A stretch of DNA of 64,000 bases from Sminthopsis crassicaudata (lineage: Eukaryota): NCBI RefSeq assembly GCF_048593235.1, contig NC_133618.1, forward strand, positions 618,654,889 to 618,718,888. Direction: 5' to 3'. A model generated the notes under the pieces. It was given only the letters and a program-made list of their open reading frames with translations, did not search any database and was not told where the DNA came from. Of the stretch, positions 1 through 12,006 are shown piece by piece. The position numbers and the translations under genes are program-made. Each line of letters begins with the position of its first letter. The stretch's first letter is position 1.

Positions 1-2379
1 TCCATCCACTACTCTACGCTGCCTTTTCCAATATAAATATGTCTTTATTATTAGGATTATAGAATCTTATATTTAGAGAAAGGAGGAAACTTAGAACTTA
101 CCTAGTTCAACAGTGAAGCTAACTTCAGCATTCTGTCTTCTCTTTCCACATTAAACTATCTTGATTCTTTATTCTTTTATCAAATAACTCCTTTCCCCTC
201 ATTTTCTTATTTTTGTCACCAAACAGAAAAACATATGAGCAAATGACAGTAATGTACTTTGAAAATATGATAGACTACAGAGATGTTTATTACTAATGAG
301 ATATTGATGGATAAGATAAAGCACAATATATTTAATTCAAGATACTCTTGACTAGTTATTGCCTGAAGGCATCTATTCACAAATATACAAAAATTAGTTG
401 GAATCCATGCCCAATAAAGTTCCTAGTTATAAAATTAACAGATATTTCTCTCAATAGACTGGAAGTTAAAAACATCTTCCTTGGAAAGAAGCATTTTGGA
501 TTGTGATCTTGTTCAATCTGTATGTAGCTTGTCTTTTGTAGCAATGCAGTTGAGCGAGAAAGCTTAGGGGGGCTCTGATGTCCAAACATTATTTAATCAG
601 CCAAGGAGTTGTAGGAGTTCAACATCCTGATGCTTTTGTTTAGTGTGCAGATCTATTCCATACATCCCTTTTCTGTGCTTCAATTTGTCTTTTATTCACA
701 TATGTCACAGCTTTCCTTCTGGTTCACAGCAATTCCCATTGCTTAAATTTCTCAATGCTATTTTTCTTATTAGCTCTGCCTCCTTGTCCATTAGTTTTTT
801 TCTTCTTTCAACTACTTTTTCCTGAAGTATAGAACTCTCCTTTAGGCTTCTTTAAAAGGTTTTTCATTGCTAATCACCAAAGGAGAAAATAGGGGCTTAA
901 AACAACAAACTGATTTGAAATAGTACTATTTTTTCCCTTCAAGTTTATCAAATTTTTTTTTGGAAAAGAGGAAGAGAAGGCATCAGAGTTTTTGTTTTTT
1001 GTTTTTTTGTTTTTCATTAAAGAAATAGTTTGAGGGCCAGTTCTCATCAGCCCTAGACATTTACCCAGTTCCTTCTCACTATTGTCAGGAAGACATAGGG
1101 AGATTAGTGTGTATCCTACACAGAGATTTCTGCTTTCTTGACCCAGACAAAGAATACATGCTTCCCTGGAGCCAATCCCAAATGCTATATCCTGAGGGAT
1201 AACTCACAAGCTCATATAATGGTCAAGAGAAAATGTGATTCCAAACACAGCAGGTGAGGAAATTCTCCATTCACTATATCCTTCATGTAAGCCTTATCTA
1301 ATAAACAACACAGAGTTCCTCTCTACAATAAATTGTCTCTGCTATTCAGAGATAAGTAATTCAACAGCAGAGGGTTCTCTGACATTTTTTTTTTAACTGA
1401 GTCTAATTGCTTCCAATGGAAATAGCTGCCATCATGAACATGTCTCAACTATGCTACTTAAAAGATTATTCTCCATGGCTACATGATTACATTCCCCTTT
1501 CTCTTGTCTTCTCTATAGTGAATAGTTATTCACTTTTCAATTTAACATATCTGATAAACACCTATCATGTTCACGATATAACTCTAGGTGAAAGGGATAT
1601 AGAAACAAAAAGTGATTGGCTACTTAAGAAAGCTGCTTTCTAATGGGAAAGGGATATGATCAATTGGTCAATAAGTATCCATTAAGCCTTTTTCATGTAT
1701 CAAGATTGTGCAAACAACACACAAACAGGAAAGTCAATAGAGTTTTGAGGAGGGAGAAGTTTCTTAGTATCAGTATTATAATAATTTTCCTAAACAGTAA
1801 CACTGGAAATATTTGATCACTGTGATTGTGTTACCTATTAGCCACCTCTTTAATAGGATAAACTTCCTTATTTCTTTGGTCCAGAGGGTCTCCAGAATGC
1901 TCAATAGACTAGTCTCCCTTATCTGAATATTCAAAAGCCTGGAGACTTATAAATGTTCTTCACAAAATCCTGTACCCCATAGTGAATTGAACCCTCCAGA
2001 TGTTTTCTCATCAGCAAAGAATATTACACATTATTCACACAGATTATCTGTCAGAGTTGGGACTTGAAGCCAAGTATTTCTGAATCTGAGGCATATAAGT
2101 ACATATTTCTTCCTTCAATGACGCATATTGAAGTGGTACATTGGGAAACTCAACACTGTCACCATGGAATTAGAAGAGGTTTAGTTCAGCCCCTTGTTGA
2201 ATCCCAGATGTTAACCTGAATGACAATTGTGTCTAGAATGGTACTGCTTAAAGTGATTTGGGTAATAAACTAGAGGAGGAGAAGCAGTGATCCCTTGTTC
2301 TAGGTACTGCACTAAAAATAATGCTGTCTGAGATTGTCTTAATTTTTTATGGGGACTAGGGGGGTGGGGGAAGCTTGTA

Positions 2380-3260
2380 ATTTCAAATTTTAGATTCACT
2401 TTGAGCTTGCAATCCACTATGATTCCCACATTTTTTAATGATTTAAACTATTATCTATCCATATAGACATCTGTCTCCTTTATCTTATATCTGTATAGCT
2501 GATTTTTAAGCTTAAGTACAGAAACATTTATCCTTATTAAATTTCATCTCATTTGATTCATCCTATATTGCAATTAGTCAAAATCTTTTTGGATCCTAAC
2601 TCTGCCTTCCTACACATTAGCAATTCCCCTCAGCTTCATGTCATCCACTAATATGTTAAGCACACAATCTGTGTCTTTACCTCTGTAATTGATACACAGA
2701 ACAGGACCTCCTAAAACTCTCAGTGATTTTGACCATAAATTGTCCAAAGCTGTCAAAAAGGATCCATTGGTATTATGGTATCCCTTCCTTTCTTACCAGT
2801 TAATGTGGTGGTGATGATAATGATAATGGATTGTACCAATGCATCCATTGAGATGTTTTATTGAGGTATCCTCCATGTCTCCAAAAAAATCTTCTATAAA
2901 AACAAAAACCTTCTATAATTTAGTAGAGGATCTCTGAAAGTTCATGTGCCACCAATTTGATAGTGAGACTTGTTGAATTTGGTTAGGCTGATATATATAT
3001 CCAACTAGATATACATTTTATTACCTGGTCCACATTCAAAGTCTTATCTACTTATTTTGATGATCCTTTATACGTACTTTTGAATTAAAAATACAAAGTA
3101 TTTTCTTATAAATTCTCTTGCTACTTGGATAGTTCCTTTCCTTATAACTAAGATAATGTTACAAAAAACCCCAACACACACAAAAGGACAATCATTGTCT
3201 GCCATTTCTTTCCTGAAAAGAAGGCACCATCCTGCTCCCTTTAGAGCCCAGAATAACCAC
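2380..3260 (-). mobile_element. Degenerate CR1/L3 LINE ORF2 fragment (linker to RT)
   Basis: Reverse strand shows decayed CR1-type motifs, e.g. caaatgagatgaaatttaataaggataaatg (M-x-FN-x-DKC after the RT FADD motif) near 2520-2560. Many stops; boundaries approximate. Confidence 0.55.
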
Positions 3261-3949
3261 TGCATTTAATTAACTAATTGGATTTTCCTGATGTCAAAAT
3301 TGATTTTTTTATTTTCCCACGCATCCCTTTTCCTTACACTGAATAAACTCTAGAGCATCTATTAAATATTTATAATGCGCTGGACTTGTCCTAACCTTGG
3401 TTCTGGAAATAGCTTGCCAATTAGTAACCAGTATTTATAATGCTTGATTATAAACATTTTGATTGATGGAACAGTGTTTTATATACATTTCCCTCCCAAA
3501 TTGTATTGGATCTGTTCAGTATCTAGTTTGTATTTGCCTAAATATGTACACGTTGCCTCTTTTATTGCTTTTGCTTTAAAAAAATCCTCATCACCTAATG
3601 CAGTGCCTGACACACAGTAAACAAAATCTTATTTGGTTATAGGTATGAAAAAAGTTTAATAATGATGATATTTTGGCTGAAATAGTTCAACAAAAATAAG
3701 ACTTGGATTCTAGTAATCTCTGTGTCCCTGTCTAGATTCATGACTAAGACAAATTGCTTCTTTGTTGGCACTCAGTTTCCTCATTAGTAAGATCAAAAAA
3801 TCACAGAATTTCAGATTTGGGCCATCTCATCAAATATTTTGTCTAAAACACTATTTCCATAAGATTTTCTTGACAATTCATTGGAAAAATAGCCATATAG
3901 CTTTAACAGAAATTAAAGTGGAAGGCATCATGTCTCAAGGTATCAGATG

Positions 3950-4310
3950 TTACTTTGGGATTATTTTAACTGTTCAGGATTTTTTTTTTTCATACAGCCT
4001 AAATTTATCTCTGCAGCCTCAATTCTTTGGTCCTAATTCTCATCTCTGGGACTAAACAGTTTGGTTATTATTACTTCCCTATACCACAAAATTTTAAGTA
4101 TTTTGAGACATCTAGCATATCATCATATCTTCCCTTATCTTTTTTATTTTCTGGATAAATATTCCTAGTTATCTTTTTTGTGAACTCTTTTCCATTTCGG
4201 TTGTCTTTGTTTGAAAATCAGCTTATTAATGCCCTACTTAAAATGTGTTACTTGAAACTGAACATAATAACAATATTCTAGCAAAATTTTGTTCAGGGCA
4301 AAAGAAGAAA
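3950..4310 (-). mobile_element. CR1/L3 post-RT 3' fragment
   Basis: Reverse strand gctagaatattgttattatgttcagtttcaagtaacacattttaag resembles the L3 LEYCVQFW-PHFK region. Boundaries approximate. Confidence 0.45.
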
Positions 4311-4317
4311 GAGAATA

Positions 4318-4570
4318 TTTATATGGAACATATAGTTTGTTAGACACTGTCCTAAGGGACTTTACAAATATTAAGTTATCTGATTCTTACAACAATCCTG
4401 TGATGTAGATGTATCACTATCCTATTTTATAGTTGAAGGAATTGAAGTAAACAAAGATTAAATGACTTGCCCAGGGATCACACACCCAGTAAGGGTCTGA
4501 AGCTGGGTTTGACCTCAGGTCTTTTCTTCTGAGTTCATATCTAGCTCTTTATCCACTATATTACCAGTTT
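4318..4570 (-). mobile_element. CORE-SINE (MIR/Mar-type)
   Basis: Reverse-oriented core aaatgacttgcccagggatcacac, B-box-like gggtttgacc and tail ctttacaaatattaag. Confidence 0.7.
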
Positions 4571-5224
4571 TATCCAAGAAGGATTTAATTCCTTATTTTT
4601 AAAGCTACTCTTCTTGTAATACTTGCTAAGACTTTTTTCCATTGGAACTTTGATTTCATTTATGTTAGGAGCTTCTGGAAAAGGATACTCTCTTTGATAC
4701 AGATGTGAAAAAATTGCCCTATAAAGTAGATGCTTAGTAGTACCTTAGATACCCAGGGTATAAAGATAGAAAGTCACATAATCAATATGCATTAATGGTA
4801 GCACCTGAACTCATGTTTCTCTAACTCTAAAGTCAACTAATCTTCCATTATACCATGTTGCCTCATGATCACCCAAGATGACATTAACTTTTTGGTCTGC
4901 CATATATTGTATTGTTGACTTATGTTGAGTTTGAGAGATAAAGATCAGAAGTGTCAAACATGGCAAAACTCCTGACTGTAAGCCAAGCCAGATTAAAATT
5001 CAATTAGGAAATAATTATCAAAAAAACCCCTGAGGTTTAGAGAGATCAAGTGGTTTACCAATGGTCACTTAGCTGGTATATGTTGGAAGTAGGTTTTGAA
5101 CACTAGTAAGCGACTTCAAGTTTAGCATTCTGAGTATTAAATGATGGTGTAGACAATAATTATTACAGGGATTTGAAAAAAAATTGTTTTTACTTCTTAA
5201 AGATTTAATTCTTTGAAGGAAATG

Positions 5225-5415
5225 CTGTTTGTTCCTCTTTCTTTATGAAGACCATAACAAAAGGGAGGGGATGTCATAACATACAAGTGAAGTGGATTTA
5301 AGTGAGGGAGGATGATGAAAAGTCATCTGCCTCACTTTCTCCTCTCTGGCAAGGTACAGATCAGGATGTTTGCAGACGGCCCTTGATGCATTGGAAGACT
5401 TTAGCCTTATGGGAA
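5225..5415 (-). mobile_element. RTE-related marsupial SINE fragment (Mar1/RTESINE-like)
   Basis: gtgaagtggatttaagtgagggagg...gcctcactttctcc...cagatcaggatg matches my recollection of this marsupial family. Confidence 0.6.
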
Positions 5416-6861
5416 GGGTAAATATAAGGAAGATCTCTTAGACTAACACACATTTATATTTCTGGGTTAGTAAGTTATGACTCTAACTGACACCTCATTC
5501 TTCTTTTGATAATTGCTTTTATATGTATTTGCAGATTTTTCCCTTTAACCTCATAAAGACTGTGTACACCTGAAAAGAATTCTGTCAAATTATGGCAAAT
5601 ATTCACATTTTTACCTGTGTGCCATTAGAAGAATGTACCAAGTTTATAGTGTGTCTACATTTATGATCTATCCTCTGGATTTTAGGACTTTATAGCCCTG
5701 ATTAAATATTCCATTCAGTTGGAAACTTGGCAAAGCTGCCTGGCTTTTGTTTTTTAATTGATGCCATTTTTATCACTTTATGAAAAATATGAGTTACGAG
5801 TTTTATGATGCTTTTTTGTATGGATATAATTCACAAATGGTTCAGCACCACAATGGTTCTGATGACCCAAATGTCACTTTTTACAGAAATTAAAATCTCT
5901 TGCCTTAAGGATAAACCTACAAAGTATGAGTCAGTGGCCATGAAGTAGGGACATTTAGAGCAGTCCATTTTCTTTTATGGAAATACAATTTTTCAGGCAA
6001 TTACTCTTAAGAAGGGTCCTCATCATTCTATAGGCTTGGCTAAAGAAAACCCACATATATTTGAAAGCACTTAGTTTTTGGAAAGAGTTCCAGTGCTAAG
6101 TTTTCAGAATTTTCCATAAGGTTTACAGCACATGTTAGCAAGCAGAGTTGGATCTGCTTGGGCTGTCTTTCATTTTAGGATTGACAATATTGAATACAAA
6201 AATGTTAGCATTAGAAATACTATTGTGCATGATGAACTTTTCTCTGAAGTACTGTAATTCCCCCACTCCTAAATTGTGTAGTTTGTGATGGGGATTGTAA
6301 TGGAAGATGGAAATAAAGTTAATGTATTTTTTCCTATATAAAAGGATCTGGTTAAGCTAGTTCCTTTATCTAAGAAAAATGATGAAGTGATCTTTCATTA
6401 ATGGAGCATTGGAGTATAGACCACTCCCACCCCTACCCCTAGTAAAAGAAAATGGAAGTACTAAGCCTTCTGTGCTTCAGTGGATTAGGATTTTATTTAT
6501 GTGGATATTCCCTCAGAAGTACAAATTGCAACTTGGCTATATCTACCCATCAAGTATATTTATTCATGTCATCTCCCCAAAACCAGGACTGGCCCAATAT
6601 CCTTCCTTTAGGTCTTTCATTATTCTGTGATAGGAACTGGAGTAATTCTGACCATCTGGTCATGTTTATTTTATGATTAGTTTACCTCCTTTTCTAATCA
6701 TGCATTTTGGATAATATAATTAATAGGCAAAGATTTCATTTCTTAAGCCTACCAAAAATCACATTCCCCTATGGGCCATCTGCAATTTTGATTCTTACTA
6801 GATTATAGTGTTCTGTGAGTCACAATCATATGGCATCACCAAAAGTATTTTAGTTTTTTTT

Positions 6862-6865
<4 letters not shown>

Positions 6866-6911
<46 letters not shown>
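6866..6911. repeat. (TG)n microsatellite preceded by poly(T)
   Basis: Directly visible, about 23 units. Confidence 0.98.
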
Positions 6912-6913
<2 letters not shown>

Positions 6914-8476
6914 GTGAAAGCAGCTTGAGATCATTGAAAGTATTCACAAATTTCCAAATGTAATTAAGTCTGTTCTTTTCCTTCTGTTCAATTTTTGGTC
7001 TAGTTCACATTTTCTCAAGAAATATTCACTGATGCACTAACTCAACAAACAGGCCATAACCCTGCCTGCTCACCTTCTTCATACTTTTTTTTCCTTTGTG
7101 TATCATCAGATTTCTATTCTTTGATTAATCTTAGATCTTGTTGAAATATGGTGATGCTTCAATCAATCAGTATTATGTCATGGCAAATAAGTGTTCTGGA
7201 GCACTTGCCACCCAGAGGGAGTTCCTTTTTACATTTTGTTTTTATTTTTTATTTATTTTTTGTTTTTTTACTTACATTTTATGGGACACCTCCATTTTTA
7301 TGGAGCATCATTCTTTTCTTTTTTTTTTCCTTTGTTGTTATTGATATATTCACTGAAGTCATTGTTTTGTACTCTTTCATAGTGAAGAGTTGACCAAGGT
7401 TTATTTTGTGTCAACATCTCAAAAAATCTGACAGGTTTTCCCAATTTCCCCAAAGCTTTGCAAGCATAGATCCAATGATGGATTATATATCTGTTGTCTA
7501 AAAACCTACTCAGTTCAGATAAGTTTTACCCAGTTTGGATTAATCAAAAAGTTGGTTAGAACAGTATTTTAAAACTATCAACCAAATCAAAAATGAGCCA
7601 TGAACAGTGTGAGGAGGTATATACACCCACAGAATCCTTAAGGTTTTGATTAGATTACTTAATTGAATTGGTTCTGGGGTTGCATCTTTTGTATGATTTC
7701 AAAATATACATGGAAAAAACCTCGTTGCAAGATATATTTTAAATCTCTGTTGGTCTACTGAAACACAAAGTTTTAAAAAATAATCAACAAATGAAAAACA
7801 TAATAGAATTTTATCTTCTCAGAATTTTTTTAGTTAATTGTGTTTATTAATATGCTCTATTGTAGAAAATAAATGCAAAAGATTGCTTTTTGCTTTTTTT
7901 TTTTCATCTAGTACATCCTTTATATGTTTCCTGTCAATGAAAAAATCATGCAGTAAGTTTAGTAAGGGTTAGAAGAAGAGGAATAATGGTAGTTGGATAC
8001 TTCCTGCTGAGAGAGACACTGAAGAAGCAATTTTTCAGCCTGTTAACAACTATAAAAAAGCTATTTTTTTTCCCATGAGCTTACATCTGATATGTGACAA
8101 GGAACTTCTGATGACTTAAAAAAACTAGATAGATATTATGCACTTCTGGTTTTTCATAAAAGCATAAATGAGGCTTTAAAAAAGAAACAAGAAAAAATAT
8201 CAAATATTGCAATTTTATATGAGAAAATGAAGACATGGGGACATAGTGGTGTTTTCAGTATTTTTGCCTATTGAAGGTGAGAGTTACAAGTAGAAAAAGG
8301 CAGATCTGGTAAATGAATAATTTTTATAAAGATGATATTTAAGAATGGGATTTTGATTTCTGTACTATGGTTTAAAATATAGAAATGACAGTATTTCAGC
8401 TAGCAATGAAGTATATCTAATAAAGTTTAGTAAGACTGTTTTCCTGGCCTTTTGCAAATTTCACCAAATAGTATTC

Positions 8477-8806
8477 TGTAAAGGGCTAGAACTGAGCAAA
8501 TGCACTTGGATAATGGAGGATGTGAGACTGATTGCCAATTGGACGATTCGCTATTAACATGTTAAGGATGACCCTCCCCAACTATTCTGTGCTGGCTGGA
8601 TCGGTGGGTGGGGACAAAGAAGGGGAAGTGACATGAGTGGGTGGAGTAGGAGGAGGAAATTGAGGCATTCTTCTGGCAGTGGAGAGAGAGGAAGGAGGTG
8701 TGGAGATTGCTATATCTAATCCCCTGACCAGGACCACAAAAGACCAAGAATAAAGACTTTTGATTATCCTGACTCCAGCTGATTCTGGGAAGACAGGGTT
8801 CCAACA
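8477..8806 (+). mobile_element. Solo LTR, 330 bp (family A, probably class II/ERVK-like)
   Basis: TG...CA termini, perfect 6-bp TSD GTATTC (8471-8476 and 8807-8812), AATAAA at 8749-8754. A homologous inverted copy lies at 37442-37883. Confidence 0.92.
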
Positions 8807-10649
8807 GTATTCAAATGGAAAAGAAATAGTGAGTGAGAAATTTGCCTACATTGATCCATCAAGCTAAGTTTAAAAAAAAAAAAAAAAGTTATAAGGAATG
8901 AAATTTAGAAAACTGAAAAAGAATTTCAACAAGAAGAGAAAGAAGATGAAAAGAACATAGATCTAGAAAAACTTTAGAGATTACAAAGTCCTACTATATT
9001 GATTATAAGTATGAAACTACTAAGAGCCAAAGAGAGGAACTGATTTATTTCAAGATCCACACTGAGTAGTAAGTTGCAATCAGGATTTTGAACTTTATTC
9101 AATGGAATTGAAGTTCCATATATTCTGTCGTTACACCAGTGCCTTACCTTTTGTGTGATGGGAAGAGTGCATAGGCTAGAAAGTAGTATGAACAATTGTA
9201 AATTCCAATAGTGAATTCAACTATTCTACAATTCTACCTATATTCATAGTATGCAATTATTACGTATGATCTCATATTAAAATTATTTTTGAATGTGTCA
9301 TAGAATATCCTATCTCATGAAACTTAAAACTATAGGGGCAGGACTTGTGTAACCTTAGGAAGGTCACTAAATTTGTTAGGTTTCATTTTTCTGATCTATA
9401 AATGAAAGGAAAGGAGGAAATGGGTTGAATGGCCTAGACCTGTAAGGTCTGTTTTAAGTTCAAATGTATGATCTTTTGACTGCATTGTATTAAAATTTTA
9501 TACCTTATTTAAGCTACAGTCATTTGCACAAGTTGGAGTTTAATATATTTTTCTTGAATTCAATTGAATTGAATAAAATAATGTTGAGTGCATTCTAAGG
9601 ATAGTTAATGCCTAAAATAGCAAAGGACATTTCATAGACTTTCTGCTTTTAGGTTTGATATATGGGGCTCCTTGATTCTGAAAGCCTCAATGATTTGCAC
9701 CCTCACCTTGATGCTATTCCAGTACTAATCTGTGATTGTTTATGCTATGGAGGCTTCTGGAAATTACAAGAGGTGTTGTTATAAATAGACATTAGTATTG
9801 ATTGGTATATTAGACAGTCAGATGAATATGGATTGTCTTTAACTGACATCATATTGATCAGTGGTGTCAGAGTACCATCTCCTCCCACAATTTATTGATC
9901 ATGAAGGTTTTTCATCTCTTAGGAAGTGGAGTTGCATTGAGGCGAGGGGAAAGTTGCTTCATATCCATTTCTGGTGGGAAAATTTGGGGGAGTAAGTCAG
10001 GAAATGATCTAAGATTTTGGTCTAGACTGTGGTAGAGACCCCCCTTCTTTGCATCCCATAATGATTCCTAGTGCAGTGTTCTTAATTGTATCCATAGTTT
10101 CTTATTAGCAGATGAAGTGAAGGGTTGGATATAAGCCCAGACTCCAATTATAATCTAACCAGCTCTGCTACTTTAATAGTTCATATCAAGATCAAAGGAG
10201 TTTAATGGTGTTATGGACCTAATAAAGAGCTTATGAATGAATGAGTTGATTGTACTTTTAGAAAATGACAAACACATGAATTTCTTCTTTCTATAGAAGC
10301 ACAGACACTGCGATAGGAACATTATTAACTGGTTTCTGACCTAGTTCCCATTCATTTCTTTTCCCTCAAACATTCAAGTCAAGCCCAACTAGATTGTAAA
10401 CTCTTTACAATCTGCCCAGATTCACAATTTACAATTTACCCAGACACTTTTTTTTTATCATCCTCAGCAAATACTTTTCATTAGCACTGTAATTCATGAT
10501 AATTAAACAGCCAAGACATAGTGCTTTTTTGTTGCCTGTAGGTATATAAGACCCATGTTATCAACTCCTTTCTTTCTCTTCAGAGAATACATGTGAGTAA
10601 CCTTCAATTTAACTCTATTGGGTTTTGTTTATAGAAAGAATATCAAGAT

Positions 10650-11223
10650 TGGTATTGTGTGGGACAATGACCCTTACCCAAATTAAAATCAGAGACTCTC
10701 TAGGTAAAAAGCAAAAAGGATTTATTATGATCTAATGGGAAAGGGCAACTCTTAATAGGCAAGGTATTGTCAGTAGAGTAGTGTAAAGCACAAGCATCAA
10801 ACACAGGATTATATAAATCCTAATACACAAGGCCCCACTCCTTTCTGATGTTTTTTTCCCAATGGCAGGTTTACATTCTAATGTAGAAATCTACTCAAAG
10901 ACTAAAATCTACCCAGAGACAAAGAATACTAAGCCAAATTAATGCTAATTGTGGCATAAAGGGCAGAGGGAACAGGAGGGAAATGTATGTTTATCTAAGA
11001 AAAGTGAATACCTGTAGCTTTTAGCTATAACACAAATAACAAGTTATAATTAGGTTATAAGTCTAGACTACATTCTTATGAGAGGTCTTTCCTCAGTTTA
11101 ACCCAGGCAGTATGATTCAGCTCTTTCAGCAATATGTCCATTTGTTGGTCTTTGGGCAAGTGTTTCACATTTAGAGTTAAATTAAAGCTAATTGATTACC
11201 TAAAATCTGTGTGATTCTTACCA
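10650..11223 (-). mobile_element. Probable LTR remnant
   Basis: tggta...tacca inverted ends, minus-strand AATAAA (tttatt near 10720) and a TATA-like tract. No clean TSD found. Confidence 0.4.
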
Positions 11224-11767
11224 CCTACTCCTTCTGTCCCCTTTCCCACCACTCTGCCAATATGGAGAAGAGGACCATGTCAGACTGAGGGTAATTTTGA
11301 AATATTTATTGTTTAATGAGTTGCCTCCTTCTTAAAATTATCATTAACTAGATTGTCTACTGGTGATGTGCCTCCATAATAAACTGGTTGGTTCACAGAA
11401 GACAAATTTGATCTGTGGCCAAGGCCATAATTAAAGCCTTTCCTACATGGCAGAACCTGTTCGAATTCACCCTAGATGGCATGGCCTTTGAGAATCCAGG
11501 CTCACTTTCATGCCAAAAAGAGGCATTGAAATACAACTCGGACCACTTAGAAATACTTAATGATTATTGTAATAATCAAACTAAACTAAACAGAGTTAGG
11601 ATAGAAAGTGAGGAGAAGCTTAGGATTAGATTTAACTACATGAAAATTTGACTGCCTATCACATCATATCTAAAATCTACTCTGTCCCTCTCATTTTCTG
11701 CCTTCATCTCTGTCTTTCATACATGCAACTTATTGATTAATTTACCACTCTTATTTCTGAAGCAACT

Positions 11768-12006
11768 ATAGTATAATGAAAGGAGCTCTGAATTTGGTTT
11801 CAGGACAGTTGAGGTTTGTACCACTTACTAGGCCTGTGACCTTGAGCAAATTACTTTTATCCCTCTGTGCTTCAATTCTATCTATAAAAATGGGAAAAAA
11901 TACCTCCTCTCCCTATTTCATAAGGCTGTCACAAGGATCAAATGAGATAATGTATATAAATTGATTTGTAAATTGTAAAGCATTATATAAATGTCAGCTA
12001 TTATTC
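11768..12006 (+). mobile_element. MIR (near full length)
   Basis: Core tgtgaccttgagcaaattactt...ctataaaaatggg and 3' aaggatcaaatgagataatgtatat...tataaatgtcagctattatt. Further MIR fragments lie near 3690-3830, 9330-9480, 12445-12600, 13230-13500, 15120-15260, 16770-16970, 17810-18010, 19380-19520, 32960-33180 and 51960-52150. Confidence 0.85.

Noticed and set aside
7130-9050. Coding-like frames, including KTWGH resembling the filovirus L WGHP motif
   Set aside because: The longest open stretch (8098-8271, 58 codons) is within chance. Spacing to the next possible motif is far shorter than in the viral protein, and 8880-9050 looks more like decayed L1 ORF1.
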